Shown: positions 9,018 through 19,618, counted from the first letter of the stretch. The stretch is DNA of 64,000 nucleotides from Candidatus Hydrogenedentota bacterium (GCA_963674865.2 CAXXYE010000009.1:1280001-1344000); one strand, 5' to 3'. Made by a program: numbers and translations. Notes: generated from the sequence alone by a model not told the origin.

Positions 9018-9971
9018 ATGTCAGCCATTCGCACCGGAGTTATTGGCGTAGGCCATCTCGGCTACCACCACGCTCGAAACTACGCCAGCCTAGACGGGGC
9101 CACACTCGTGGGCGTCGTGGACGTCGATGAAGAGCATGGCAGGAAGGCCGCCGATGATTTCGGCGTGCCCTGGTTCACCAACTTCGAGGAACTTCTGGAG
9201 GCTGGCGTAGACGCGGTCTCGGTGGCTGTGCCGACGAGCGAGCACCACAGGGTGACGCTTCCCCTCCTCCGGTCAGGTGTGGACGTCGTTGTCGAAAAGC
9301 CGATTGCCTCGTCGATTGAGCTTGCGGCCGAGATGGTCGAGGCAGCCGGCGCCCAGGGACGTATCCTGCAAGTGGGGCATGTGGAGCGCTTCAACGGCGC
9401 GGTTATCGCTCTATTCGACGCAGTTCACAAGCCGCGCTTTATCGAGTGCCACCGCCTCAGCCCGTACCCGGGACGCGGCGAGGACGTTAGCGTTGTTCTG
9501 GATCTTATGATTCATGACCTGGAGATTGTCTTGGGCCTGGTAGGCCACCATGTCGAGGCGATAGATGCCGTGGGCGTCCCTGTCTTCTCTCGATTTGAGG
9601 ATATCGCCAACGCGCGGTTGCGGTTTGCCTCCGGTTGTGTGGCCAATCTTACGGCCAGCCGGGTATCGATGGAACGCATGCGCAAGATTCGGATTTTTGA
9701 GTCGGACGCATACGTGGCCACGGACTACTCGGCTCAGGAGGTGCTTGTCTATCGTAAGCGGCCGGGGCCGGCTCCTGAAGGTGGTTCCAAAATGGACCTG
9801 ATCGACATCGAGCCGCTGGGGGTCACGCATGAGGAGCCGCTCAAGATGGAGCTGGCCTCCTTCCTCGATTGTGTGCGCGACCGCAAGCGGCCCGTCGTGG
9901 CGGGCGAAGATGGTCTTGCCGCACTGAGGCTTGCGCAGGCGATTGTCGCCAAGATTCGGGAACAAGACTGA
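9018..9971 (+). CDS. Gfo/Idh/MocA oxidoreductase, probable UDP-GlcNAc 3-dehydrogenase (GnnA-like)
   Basis: GVGHLGYHH, EKP, GHVERFN and DLMIHDL motifs; located between lpxA and lpxB. Confidence 0.75.
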   Translation: MSAIRTGVIGVGHLGYHHARNYASLDGATLVGVVDVDEEHGRKAADDFGVPWFTNFEELLEAGVDAVSVAVPTSEHHRVTLPLLRSGVDVVVEKPIASSIELAAEMVEAAGAQGRILQVGHVERFNGAVIALFDAVHKPRFIECHRLSPYPGRGEDVSVVLDLMIHDLEIVLGLVGHHVEAIDAVGVPVFSRFEDIANARLRFASGCVANLTASRVSMERMRKIRIFESDAYVATDYSAQEVLVYRKRPGPAPEGGSKMDLIDIEPLGVTHEEPLKMELASFLDCVRDRKRPVVAGEDGLAALRLAQAIVAKIREQD

Positions 9972-10031
9972 CAAGATACCTTCCCACACCATGCCACACC
10001 GAACCGGGCCGGAAAGGGCTCCAATAGCCAC

Positions 10032-11153
10032 GTGACACGCGTATTCTTCTCAGCCGGCGAGTCGTCGGGCGACATCCACGGCGCCAATTTGATCCGTGCC
10101 CTCCTTGCGCGCTCGCCGTCAACAACGTGCGAGGGCCTGGGCGGGTTGAGAATGGCCCAGGCGGGAATGAAACTCCGCTATGATCTGGCGAGCTCCGGAA
10201 TCATGGGTTTCACGGAGGTCGTGCGCTCGTTTCCGGCCGTAGTGCGGCTCTTCAGGGAAACGTGCGACCACCTAAGACAGGCCCGGCCCGACTGCCTTGT
10301 GGTGATAGACTATCCCGGCTTCAACATCCGCCTCGCCAAGTACGCAAGCGGTTTGGGGATTCCGGTTGTCTATTACATCAGTCCGCAGGTTTGGGCATGG
10401 AAGAAGGGCCGCATTCACACTATCGCCAGGTCCGCCGAGAAGGTTCTTGTTATCCTGCCGTTCGAGGAGCCGCTGTATAGCGAGCTTGGCGTTGACTGCG
10501 TCTATGTAGGCCATCCGCTCGTGGATCACATCCCGGCGTCGGCATATGCGGCAGCGCCAGGCAACCGGCTCCTCATCGGGTTGTTGCCGGGGAGTCGCGA
10601 GCAGGAGATCAGGCGACTGCTCGCTCCGATGCTTGAGGTGGCGGAAGGCATCCAAGACGCTTATCCGGAGGCCGAGTTCGTTACGCCGTGCGTAGATGAG
10701 GTGAGGCAAGGCCAAGTGCGTGCTCTTGCCGGAGATTTCCCCCTGGTTACGGTGATCGGCAAGACGTGCGAGGTCCTTGGCGCGGCACGCTTCTGCCTGG
10801 TGGCTTCAGGCACAGCCACGCTGGAGGCCGCGCTCATCGGGGTGCCCATGATTATCATGTACAAAGTCTCCCCCCTGAGCCATTGGATTGCCCGCCGCGT
10901 GGTTCACATCGAGAATATCGGTCTTGTCAATATCCTCGCGGGGCGCCGAATCGTCCCCGAGTTTCTGCAACACGAGATACGCTCTGAAAGGGTGCTCCCC
11001 GCTGCCCTGGAACTGATCGACGACACACCGGCCCGGGAGCGGATGCTCCGCGACTTGGCCGAGGTGCGCGACACCGTGGGGCCGCCCGGGGCGTCCGAGC
11101 GTGCGGCCGAGGAGATTGTCGAACTGCTCGGAAGGAAGGCCTCCCATGGGTGA
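10032..11153 (+). CDS. lpxB: Lipid-A-disaccharide synthase
   Basis: AGESSGDIHG, IDYPGFN, YYISPQVWAW, LPFE, VGHPL, LLPGSR, SGTATLE. Confidence 0.95.
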   Translation: MTRVFFSAGESSGDIHGANLIRALLARSPSTTCEGLGGLRMAQAGMKLRYDLASSGIMGFTEVVRSFPAVVRLFRETCDHLRQARPDCLVVIDYPGFNIRLAKYASGLGIPVVYYISPQVWAWKKGRIHTIARSAEKVLVILPFEEPLYSELGVDCVYVGHPLVDHIPASAYAAAPGNRLLIGLLPGSREQEIRRLLAPMLEVAEGIQDAYPEAEFVTPCVDEVRQGQVRALAGDFPLVTVIGKTCEVLGAARFCLVASGTATLEAALIGVPMIIMYKVSPLSHWIARRVVHIENIGLVNILAGRRIVPEFLQHEIRSERVLPAALELIDDTPARERMLRDLAEVRDTVGPPGASERAAEEIVELLGRKASHG

Positions 11154-13866
11154 ACGAGAGAAGATTTACCTTATCGACGGTTCGGCCTTCGTCTATCGCG
11201 CTTTCTTCGCTATCCGCGGGCTGACCGACTCAACGGGGCGCCCGACAAACGCCGTGTTTGGCTTCGCACGGGCCATGCTGAAACTCCTCCGCGAGGAATC
11301 GCCAACGCATATGGCCGTCGTGTTTGACGCCCCGGGGAAGACGTTTCGGGACGACATGTATCCTGCCTACAAGGCGACCCGTCCGAAAACACCCGAAGAA
11401 TTGATCGCACAGATCCCCTTGATCGATCGTCTTGTCGCTTCCCTGAATCTTCGTGTTTTGCGGATTGAGGGAGTCGAGGCCGATGATGTGCTCGGGACTT
11501 TGGCTCGCCGAGCCGAGGACGCCGGCATGGACGCTGTCATTGTCACCGGCGACAAAGACGCTCTCCAGCTCGTAACTGAGCATGTCGCCGTATATGATCC
11601 TCACAAAGGCGACAGCGGACTTTGGTACCGCCCCGGCGAAGTCGCGGAGCGTTTCGGCGTTCCGCCCGCCCGGGTCGTGGATACATTGGCGCTGATGGGG
11701 GATGCGTCGGACAACGTCCCAGGTGTGAGAGGCATCGGCGAGAAGACAGCGAGGAAGCTTCTTGAAGCCTATGGTAGTCTCGATGGGATTTACGAGCATC
11801 TTGATGAATTGAAAGGAAAGCAGCGGGAGAACCTGGCGGCGGACCACGATACGGCGCTCTTGAGCCGACAGCTTGTTACCATCCGGACGGATGTCGCTCT
11901 CGATATCGGCCCGCGGGACTGCCGGTGCAGCGAAGCCGACAAGGAGGGGGTGGCCGCGCTTCTTGGCGAACTCGAGTTTCGTACGCTGCTCGAGGAATTC
12001 CTGCCTGATGCCTCGCAACAGGAGGACCTGGATTATCGACTGATCCTTACGAAGGATGCACTGACGCGGGCGGTTGCTGAAATGCGCCGCGCCGGTACCT
12101 TCGCAGTCGATACGGAAACCACTTCAACCGATCCCATGCGGGCCACTCTGGTCGGCCTTTCTATGTGCAGCGAAGCGGGCAAGGCGTACTACGTTCCCTT
12201 AGCCCACACGTCCGAAGCCCTGGCATGCCGCCCTGAAGAGGGTGAACTCTTCTCCGAGGCAACGGTGGAAATGGTGCCTTTGCGGGATGCCCTCGACATT
12301 CTGCGACCTCTCATAGAGGATGAGTCGATTGGGAAGGTGGGGCACAATATCAAGTATGATCTGATTGTGTTCGCCCGGACCGGTGTTCAAATGCGCGGAA
12401 TTGTGCTTGACACGATGGTCGCCTCGTATTTGACAGACCCATCGCGGATGAGGCATAATCTTGGAGAAGTAAGTCTCCATTACCTCAAGCGCAAGACGAC
12501 TCCAATTACCGACCTAATAGGTAAAGGGGTAAAAGCCGTTACCTTCGATCACGTTCCCGTTGACCAAGCATGCGATTACGCATGCGAAGACGCGGATGTG
12601 ACCTGGCGCTTGGCTAGAGTATTTCACCCGCTTCTGCGCGAGCGGGATCTAGTGCAACTATTTGACGACGTCGAACTGCCGCTTATCGAAGTGTTGGCTC
12701 GCATGGAGATGGCCGGCGTCGCAATCGATGTGGCGGTCTTCGATGAGTTGCGCCGGGAGATTGAGGTCAATCAGAAAGATCTCGAAGGGCAGATATTTGA
12801 AGAGGCCGGGGAGCCGTTCCAGGTAAACTCGCCCAAGCAGCTTCAGGGCATCTTGTTCGGGAAGCTCGGACTCAAACCGATACGAAAGACAAAGACCGGC
12901 TTTTCAACCGATATGGATGTCCTCGAGCAACTCGCACGGGTCCACACATTGCCGGCGAAGATCCTTGAGTTTCGAGGACTCGAGAAGCTTCGGAATACAT
13001 ACGTTGAGGCGCTGCCGCGGCTTGTACACCCGGAGACGGGGCGGATTCACACCTCGTTCAACCAGGCGGTAGCGGCTACAGGGCGCCTCTCGAGCAGCGA
13101 CCCGAACTTGCAGAACATACCGGTCCGGACCGAAATCGGGCGGCGAATACGTCAGGGATTTGTCCCGGGGCAGAAAGGCTATCGGCTAATCTCCGCCGAT
13201 TACTCGCAGATTGAGTTGAGGATCTTGGCTCATCTCTCAGGGGATGAGAACCTGAAACGGGCCTTTCAAGACGACCTGGACATCCACCGGATTACGGCGG
13301 CTCGGGCCTTCGAAACATCGGCGGACAAAGTCACCCCGGAGATGCGGCGCCAAGCAAAGGCGGTCAACTTCGGGATCATCTATGGCATCAGTCCCTTTGG
13401 ACTGGCCAGGAATCTGGACGTGACGACCGCGGAGGCGGCCAGGTTTATTGAGCATTACTTCGACTTGTATCCGGGCGTGAGGCAATGGATCGAGGACACG
13501 CTTGCGGCCGCTCGGGAAGAGGGTTATGTGACGACCATTCTGAAGCGTCGGCGGTATGTCCCGGAGTTGAAGAGCAGCGACGGCAACGCTCGTAAGGCCG
13601 CGGAGCGGGTGGCGATTAACACGCCGGTGCAAGGAAGTGCGGCCGATGTCATCAAGCTCGCTATGTTGGGTGTCGAGCAAGCACTCCGCGGGACTGGCGG
13701 GACGCTGCTTTTGCAGGTGCACGATGAACTGCTCGTTGAGGCCCCCACGGACGAGGCCGAGCGCGTCGCGGCCATCATGAAAGAGGCTATGGAAGGCACG
13801 ATTCAGCTCGATGTGCCTCTAAAGGCCGACGTCGGCGTCGGGGAGCACTGGGCGGAGATACACTGA
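11146..13866 (+). CDS. polA: DNA polymerase I
   Basis: 5'-3' exonuclease (LIDGS..YRAFFA, EADD), 3'-5' exonuclease (DTETT, HNIKYD, YACED) and polymerase motifs (ADYSQIELR, KAVNFGIIYG, QVHDEL). Confidence 0.97.
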   Translation: MGEREKIYLIDGSAFVYRAFFAIRGLTDSTGRPTNAVFGFARAMLKLLREESPTHMAVVFDAPGKTFRDDMYPAYKATRPKTPEELIAQIPLIDRLVASLNLRVLRIEGVEADDVLGTLARRAEDAGMDAVIVTGDKDALQLVTEHVAVYDPHKGDSGLWYRPGEVAERFGVPPARVVDTLALMGDASDNVPGVRGIGEKTARKLLEAYGSLDGIYEHLDELKGKQRENLAADHDTALLSRQLVTIRTDVALDIGPRDCRCSEADKEGVAALLGELEFRTLLEEFLPDASQQEDLDYRLILTKDALTRAVAEMRRAGTFAVDTETTSTDPMRATLVGLSMCSEAGKAYYVPLAHTSEALACRPEEGELFSEATVEMVPLRDALDILRPLIEDESIGKVGHNIKYDLIVFARTGVQMRGIVLDTMVASYLTDPSRMRHNLGEVSLHYLKRKTTPITDLIGKGVKAVTFDHVPVDQACDYACEDADVTWRLARVFHPLLRERDLVQLFDDVELPLIEVLARMEMAGVAIDVAVFDELRREIEVNQKDLEGQIFEEAGEPFQVNSPKQLQGILFGKLGLKPIRKTKTGFSTDMDVLEQLARVHTLPAKILEFRGLEKLRNTYVEALPRLVHPETGRIHTSFNQAVAATGRLSSSDPNLQNIPVRTEIGRRIRQGFVPGQKGYRLISADYSQIELRILAHLSGDENLKRAFQDDLDIHRITAARAFETSADKVTPEMRRQAKAVNFGIIYGISPFGLARNLDVTTAEAARFIEHYFDLYPGVRQWIEDTLAAAREEGYVTTILKRRRYVPELKSSDGNARKAAERVAINTPVQGSAADVIKLAMLGVEQALRGTGGTLLLQVHDELLVEAPTDEAERVAAIMKEAMEGTIQLDVPLKADVGVGEHWAEIH

Positions 13867-13982
13867 CGACGCGAGCGAAGAGACAACGGGATTTTGAGGA
13901 TCACGCGCAACGGGGGCGTGTCGCCACGTTGCGAGCGATGTAGATAGACAATTCCCGCCAATACATTAACCGGAAGGGATGA

Positions 13983-15482
13983 TTGATGGCAGAGAAACCG
14001 CAACATGACAAACACCCAGCCCGAAGCAAAGGCAAACCCGGCAGACGAAGCTCTGGCGGCGCCGGAACGCGGGGCGTAAGCAAAGGCAACAAGCGCAGGC
14101 CCACGAATCAGCACCACCACAACAGCAGTTCGGGCTCATACCGAAACTCCGGGCCGCCGCCGGGAGTCGACCTCAATGAGAGGGAGCCGGACATGGTTCC
14201 GACGGGTGAAAACGGAAGCGGGGGGCCTGAGGTCTCGATCGGTGAACTGAAACGGATGACGATGACCGAACTGGCCGATACGGCCCGTGCGCTCAACGTC
14301 GAAGGTTTCAGCGGTCTTAAGAAACAAGACCTGATTTTCAAGATCCTTCAAGGAAGCATCGAGAGCGCAGGCGCCATTTACGGTGAGGGCACCCTCGAGA
14401 TCCTTCCCGACGGCTTCGGCTTTCTTCGCTCCGGCGACTACTCCTATCTCCCCGGGCCGGACGACATCTATGTCTCGCCGTCGCAGATCCGCAAGTTCGC
14501 CTTGCGAACCGGCGACACCGTGCAGGGGCATGTTCGACCCCCGAAGGAAGGGGAGCGGTACTTCGCACTACTGAAGGTCGAAGCGGTGAACTACGAGAGT
14601 CCCGATGTCGCCCGCGAGCGCATCCTCTTTGACAACCTCACGCCGCTGCACCCCAATGCCCGATTTACGCTTGAGACCACCCAGGAAGAGGTCGCCATGC
14701 GTATCATGGACCTCATCTCGCCGATCGGCAAAGGGCAGCGCGGCCTCATTGTCGCCGCACCCTTCACGGGGAAAACGGTGCTCCTTCAGAAGATCGCGAA
14801 CAGCATTATCGCGAACCACCCGGACACGACGGTGATCGTCCTGCTCATTGACGAGCGGCCTGAGGAAGTGACCGACATGTCTCGCTCCGTCCAGGGCGAG
14901 GTTATCTCCTCCACCTTCGACGAGCCCCCGGAACGCCATGTCCAAGTCGCCGAGATGGTGCTTGAAAAGGCCAAGCGCCTCGTCGAGCACAAGCGCGACG
15001 TCGTGATCCTGCTCGATTCGATCACGCGCTTGGCGCGCGCCTACAACGTCATCGTCCCCGCGAGCGGCAAAGTTCTCTCCGGCGGCGTGGACGCCAATGC
15101 CCTCCAGCGGCCGAAGCGATTCTTCGGCGCCGCCAGGAATATCGAGGAGGGGGGAAGTCTCACCATCCTCGCGACGGCCCTCGTGGAAACGGGCAGCCGC
15201 ATGGACGACGTGATCTTCGAGGAGTTCAAGGGCACGGGCAATATGGAGATTCACCTCGACCGCCGCCTGATGGAGAAGCGGATCTTCCCGGCCATTGACG
15301 TCTTGAAATCGCGCACTCGCAAGGAAGAGCTTCTCATCGAGCCCGAGGAACTGTCGCGTATCTGGCTGCTGGTCAAGGTACTTAGCCCCCTTGAGGTGTC
15401 CGAGGCTACCGAACTGCTCGTGGAGAAACTCCGCAAGACCCCAAGCAACAAGGACTTCCTCGCCCATATGCAGAAAATGTAG
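13983..15482 (+). CDS. rho: Transcription termination factor Rho with an N-terminal disordered extension
   Basis: [58 protein letters not shown]. Confidence 0.97.
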   Translation: MMAEKPQHDKHPARSKGKPGRRSSGGAGTRGVSKGNKRRPTNQHHHNSSSGSYRNSGPPPGVDLNEREPDMVPTGENGSGGPEVSIGELKRMTMTELADTARALNVEGFSGLKKQDLIFKILQGSIESAGAIYGEGTLEILPDGFGFLRSGDYSYLPGPDDIYVSPSQIRKFALRTGDTVQGHVRPPKEGERYFALLKVEAVNYESPDVARERILFDNLTPLHPNARFTLETTQEEVAMRIMDLISPIGKGQRGLIVAAPFTGKTVLLQKIANSIIANHPDTTVIVLLIDERPEEVTDMSRSVQGEVISSTFDEPPERHVQVAEMVLEKAKRLVEHKRDVVILLDSITRLARAYNVIVPASGKVLSGGVDANALQRPKRFFGAARNIEEGGSLTILATALVETGSRMDDVIFEEFKGTGNMEIHLDRRLMEKRIFPAIDVLKSRTRKEELLIEPEELSRIWLLVKVLSPLEVSEATELLVEKLRKTPSNKDFLAHMQKM

Positions 15483-15823
15483 CTTTTCGGGACTTTCGCC
15501 GTCCTTTCAGCCACTTTCTGGCAATTCCCGCTTGCGTTGGGTATGCTCTGCGCCGTCCATGCGCATAGTCGAGGAGAGCAGGTAAGCGGACGGGTTTCGG
15601 TGCCCATCGACTTGGGCCGTTAGCCCGACTCGGGCGATGTCGTGCTAGCTTTGCTGTTCGGTCTGTGCCGTGGCCTGACCTAGACTATTTTTGTGAATGC
15701 TTAGGCTATCTTCATATTGGTGGCCTGAGTTGGGAATGAGACTCCGACGAAAGCGCCGTGTGCGTTGGTTGGAGAGAGATTCCGGGCGATTCGCTAGGGC
15801 CTGGTTGCACAACGGAGGAGCAT

Positions 15824-16879
15824 ATGGCCGACCAGCAGGAGATCATCTTATCGGGAATCCGTCCGACGGGACGTTTGCACCACGGCAATTACTTTGGCGC
15901 TATCCGCGAGTTTCTTAGGCTTCAGGACGAGGCCAACTGCTACTATTTCATAGCGGATTACCATGCCCTCACGACGATCACCGAGCGGGTGGACTTCTTT
16001 CGCCAAACCCTTGATATGCTAAAGACTTACGTCGCGTGCGGCCTCGACCCTCGTCGGTCAGTGATCTATCGCCAGAGCGATCTGCCGTGCACGGCCGAGT
16101 TGTCGCTGTTGCTGGGAATGGTGACGAACATTGGCCATCTGGAACGGGGCACCACGTACAAAGACAAGTTGAGCAAGCTTTCCGGCCCGGAAGGGCTCGA
16201 AGGGAATCCCCTGTCCTTCGGTTTGCTGGGCTATCCCGTGCTCATGGCCGCCGACATTCTCATCGTCAAGGCCGACAAAGTCCCGGTAGGAGACGATCAG
16301 CGCCAGCACGTCGAAATGGCGATTGATATCGCGCAGAAATTCAATTACCGGTTTGGCGAGACCCTCAAGGTTCCGTCCTCGGTGCCGCGTGGCGCGCTTA
16401 GGTTGCCCGGACTGGACGGCTCGGCCAAGATGGGCAAGAGCGAGCACAACACGCTGGACCTTCTCGATGATCCGGACACCGTCCTGAAGAAGATCAAGGC
16501 TGTTCAGACAAGCACCGAGCCGCTGCCGCTGGATTGCGAGACCGACGACCCGGATGTGGTGATTCCGAAGATGCCCCCGACTGTCGGCGTTCTGTACCGG
16601 CTCCTAAACCTGTTGGCGCCTGAGGATGTGTATCTCGACTTCCTCGGCAAGTACCGTCGCGGCGAGAAGTTCTACGGCACGCTGAAGACCACGTTGGCGA
16701 AGCACGTATCCGAGTTCAATGCCCCCATCATCGAGGGCTTCAACGCTCCGGAAAACAGCGACGAATCCGTGATGGACTTCTTGCGGGACAACGCGAGGAA
16801 GGTTACGCCCGTCGCGCTTGAAACCGTCGAGGCCTGCCGAGAGGCCATGGGCATTGGCCACTCCCTGCACCGGGCCTGA
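15824..16879 (+). CDS. trpS: Tryptophan--tRNA ligase
   Basis: SGIRPTGRLHHGNY (HIGH), YPVLMAADIL, VPVGDDQRQH, KMGKS; GGAGGAG RBS. Confidence 0.93.
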   Translation: MADQQEIILSGIRPTGRLHHGNYFGAIREFLRLQDEANCYYFIADYHALTTITERVDFFRQTLDMLKTYVACGLDPRRSVIYRQSDLPCTAELSLLLGMVTNIGHLERGTTYKDKLSKLSGPEGLEGNPLSFGLLGYPVLMAADILIVKADKVPVGDDQRQHVEMAIDIAQKFNYRFGETLKVPSSVPRGALRLPGLDGSAKMGKSEHNTLDLLDDPDTVLKKIKAVQTSTEPLPLDCETDDPDVVIPKMPPTVGVLYRLLNLLAPEDVYLDFLGKYRRGEKFYGTLKTTLAKHVSEFNAPIIEGFNAPENSDESVMDFLRDNARKVTPVALETVEACREAMGIGHSLHRA

Positions 16880-17003
16880 CTTCTGCCTTCCCAGGAGCGC
16901 ATGGCGCGCAAGCGGCCCCGTTTGGCCCTCACCGTGGGCGGAGGGCCGGGCGTGTTCCTATGACGCCCCCTACTTTGCTCCCTTTCCAGACATGCATTTC
17001 GTA

Positions 17004-17032
17004 TTGCCCCGGCAATGTTTCTGTGCTAAAGT
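17004..17032 (+). promoter_or_regulatory. Promoter of the PilZ-PilT gene
   Basis: TTGCCC-N17-TAAAGT with an extended -10 TG; the -35 lies within the inverted repeat ATTGCC-CC-GGCAAT. Confidence 0.45.
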
Positions 17033-17122
17033 AAAGCGGGGATGATGTTTCCGCATGGGCGCCCGAGCGGATGGGTCCCGGGAAGGGACAGGCCGAAACG
17101 ACAGAAAGCAGGGGAGAAACTC

Positions 17123-18526
17123 ATGGGGTGGACAACCAAGACAGAGCACCGAAAGGACCGGCGGGTCTCGGCTCAAATGCCGCTTCGCTTCAGCGTGATT
17201 GGCCCTGTGGGCCAGGCGTCCGAGATTCAGCGGACGACCACCACCAATGTCTCATGTCAGGGCCTCGCATTCGAGTCCGATCAGGCGATTCCGATTACGG
17301 CTCGTTTGGGCCTCGAGATTCTCCTGCCGGGAGAGATGGGCGAACTCAAGGCCGAGGCGGTGCTCATGCGCATCGCGCGAGAGCTGCCCGACCGGCAGGG
17401 CGTTGAGTACGGCGTGCAGTTCGACATGAACACCTGTTCCGACCCGGACCTGCTGGCGCAATACGTGCGTTCCATCGATATCGTCCCCTTGCTCGAGCTG
17501 ATGACCCGGCAGGGCGCGTCGGACCTTCATCTGACGGCCTTCACGCAGCCTATGTTCCGTCTCCACAAGAAGCTGATACCTGCCGGAGATGAGCCGCTGT
17601 CGCCCGCGACGGTCGAGGGGCTCGTCTGCGGTACGCTCAACGCCGAACGCCGCGCGGTTCTCCTCCGCGAAAAAGACCTCGACTACGTACTCATTCTGCC
17701 CGAACTGGGCCGTTGGCGGATCAACGCGTTCTTCCAACGCGGTTTCATCGAAGCTACGTTTCACGCAATCGATCTCTACGTTCCCACGCCGTCCGAGCTG
17801 GGACTTCCGGAGGTCGTCCGCAATCTGGCCCTTGGCCAGAGCGGACTCGTCATCGTCAGCGGGCCCGTGGGTAGCGGAAAGAGCACCACGCTCGCGGGCA
17901 TGGTGGGGGTGATCAACAACGAACAGGAGCGAGCGGTCACCACACTCGAAAGCCCCATTGAGTATATCCATGAGAATGACCGCAGTATTGTGAAGCAGCG
18001 GGAAATCAACCGAGATACGGGGCCGGTAACCATCGCCTTGCGCCAAGCGCTGCGGCAAGACCCGGATGTCGTCGTGATTGACTGTGAGCCGGACGCCATT
18101 GTGGTTGAGACAGCCATGCGCGCCGCTGAGACGGGATATCTTGTGCTCCTGTCCCTGCCGACGCCCGACGCCGTTACGACGCTCAACCGAGTTGTCAGCA
18201 TGTTCACCGACCAGCGCCGGTTCAACACGCTACACAATCTGGCTGCTTCTGTGCGCGGGATTATCTCGCAACGGTTATTGCCGAGCGCCGACGGCGGCGT
18301 GGTGGCAGCTTGCGAGGTGATGGCGCTTACAGACTCCATGCGCAACTCGATACGCACGGACAAGCTCGACCAGTTGCCCGCGCTGATGGCGAACTCGCCG
18401 GGGTCGCAGATGCTCGACGCGAGTTTGCGCAATCTGATCCTCCGCGGCGTGATCGACCTCGAAAGCGCCGTTCACGTGGCGCGCGATCCGGACACCTTGC
18501 GGAGGCAGATCGTCGAGAGGCTTTAG
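17123..18526 (+). CDS. PilZ domain fused to a PilT/PilU-family ATPase domain (degenerate)
   Basis: RKDRR and NVSCQG PilZ motifs; ASDLHL, GRWRINAF, GPVGSGKST, QRE, ALRQDPD; GGAG RBS. Confidence 0.85.
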   Translation: MGWTTKTEHRKDRRVSAQMPLRFSVIGPVGQASEIQRTTTTNVSCQGLAFESDQAIPITARLGLEILLPGEMGELKAEAVLMRIARELPDRQGVEYGVQFDMNTCSDPDLLAQYVRSIDIVPLLELMTRQGASDLHLTAFTQPMFRLHKKLIPAGDEPLSPATVEGLVCGTLNAERRAVLLREKDLDYVLILPELGRWRINAFFQRGFIEATFHAIDLYVPTPSELGLPEVVRNLALGQSGLVIVSGPVGSGKSTTLAGMVGVINNEQERAVTTLESPIEYIHENDRSIVKQREINRDTGPVTIALRQALRQDPDVVVIDCEPDAIVVETAMRAAETGYLVLLSLPTPDAVTTLNRVVSMFTDQRRFNTLHNLAASVRGIISQRLLPSADGGVVAACEVMALTDSMRNSIRTDKLDQLPALMANSPGSQMLDASLRNLILRGVIDLESAVHVARDPDTLRRQIVERL

Positions 18527-18679
18527 TGGCTGAGGCAAAGAGCGCTCGGCGCCCTTTCTGAGGCATTGCTCGCGCGTCGGGTGGCCATGTCTGTCTTTGC
18601 CATTCCCGCCGGATATTCCAGCACGCCCAAGGGCGGCGTGTGTTTGTACTGCGGCGAACTCAGGAGGAAATCGACTGCT

Positions 18680-19618
18680 ATGCACGTCTTGATCATTGGG
18701 GGCACCCGTTTCCTCGGCGCCGCCATTGCGCGCGAATTGCTGTCGCGGCGCCACGAGGTGACGGTTCTGCATCGAGGCCAAACAAAGGGCAACCTGCCGG
18801 CGGACGTCCGCCATATCCTGTGTGACGCGCGCGACCGGGCGTCCGTCGAGCCCCATATCGAGGAAGGCCACTTTGACGCCGCCATGGATACGATTCTTTG
18901 TGCGGAGGATCTGTCTTGGTATTTGCCGCTGCTGCGGGAAAACGTGGGGCAACTGGTTCACTGCGGCTCCACGGGCGTATACGCGCCCGTGAGCGCGGCG
19001 CCGGTTCGCGAGGATGACCCGACGCCCTGTCCGGAGGAACTGGGTGGATTTGGCGCGAAGCTCCTTCAGGATAAGGCCGTGCTCGATTTTCACGCGCGCA
19101 CCGGCTTTCGCGTCTGTTCAATGCGCATCAGCAACGTCTTCGGAGCGGGTGATGTCCCGCTGGACATCTGGGGGGCGCGCGATCCTAAGTACTTCGCGCG
19201 CGTGGCCAGGGGTGAGGAGATCTGGATTCCCGACAAGGGCACGGCGTTGCTCCAGCCCGTCCACGTCAACGACTTGGCGCGCGCCTTTTGCGATGCACTG
19301 GATGCGGAGAAGGCTGCGGGCCAGATCTACAACCTCTCCTCCGATCGCGCCGTTACCCTCACCCACTATGTGGAGATCACCAAGGATCTGCTCGGGTCTT
19401 CCTCCGCTGTCCGGTACGTCTCCATGGAGGAGATTCTTGCCACGGGCAAGGCCAACGAGGGGGGACTCAGATTCGTCTGCGAGCACATGAGCATCGACAG
19501 CGGCAAGGCCCGGCGTGACCTCGGCTACGTGCCGCAAATCAGTGTGCGCGAGGGCCTGCGCGACAGCCTGCAATGGATGGTCGACACCGGCCTGCTTGAG
19601 GCATCCGTCAGCTCCTGA
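18680..19618 (+). CDS. NAD-dependent epimerase/dehydratase family (atypical SDR)
   Basis: LIIGGTRFLG, VLHRG, STGVY, VHVNDLARAF; AGGAGG upstream. Confidence 0.85.
   Translation: MHVLIIGGTRFLGAAIARELLSRRHEVTVLHRGQTKGNLPADVRHILCDARDRASVEPHIEEGHFDAAMDTILCAEDLSWYLPLLRENVGQLVHCGSTGVYAPVSAAPVREDDPTPCPEELGGFGAKLLQDKAVLDFHARTGFRVCSMRISNVFGAGDVPLDIWGARDPKYFARVARGEEIWIPDKGTALLQPVHVNDLARAFCDALDAEKAAGQIYNLSSDRAVTLTHYVEITKDLLGSSSAVRYVSMEEILATGKANEGGLRFVCEHMSIDSGKARRDLGYVPQISVREGLRDSLQWMVDTGLLEASVSS

Noticed and set aside
15483..15823. T-box or other riboswitch upstream of trpS
   Set aside because: No T-box consensus (GGTGGnACCGCG) or terminator/antiterminator was recognised.
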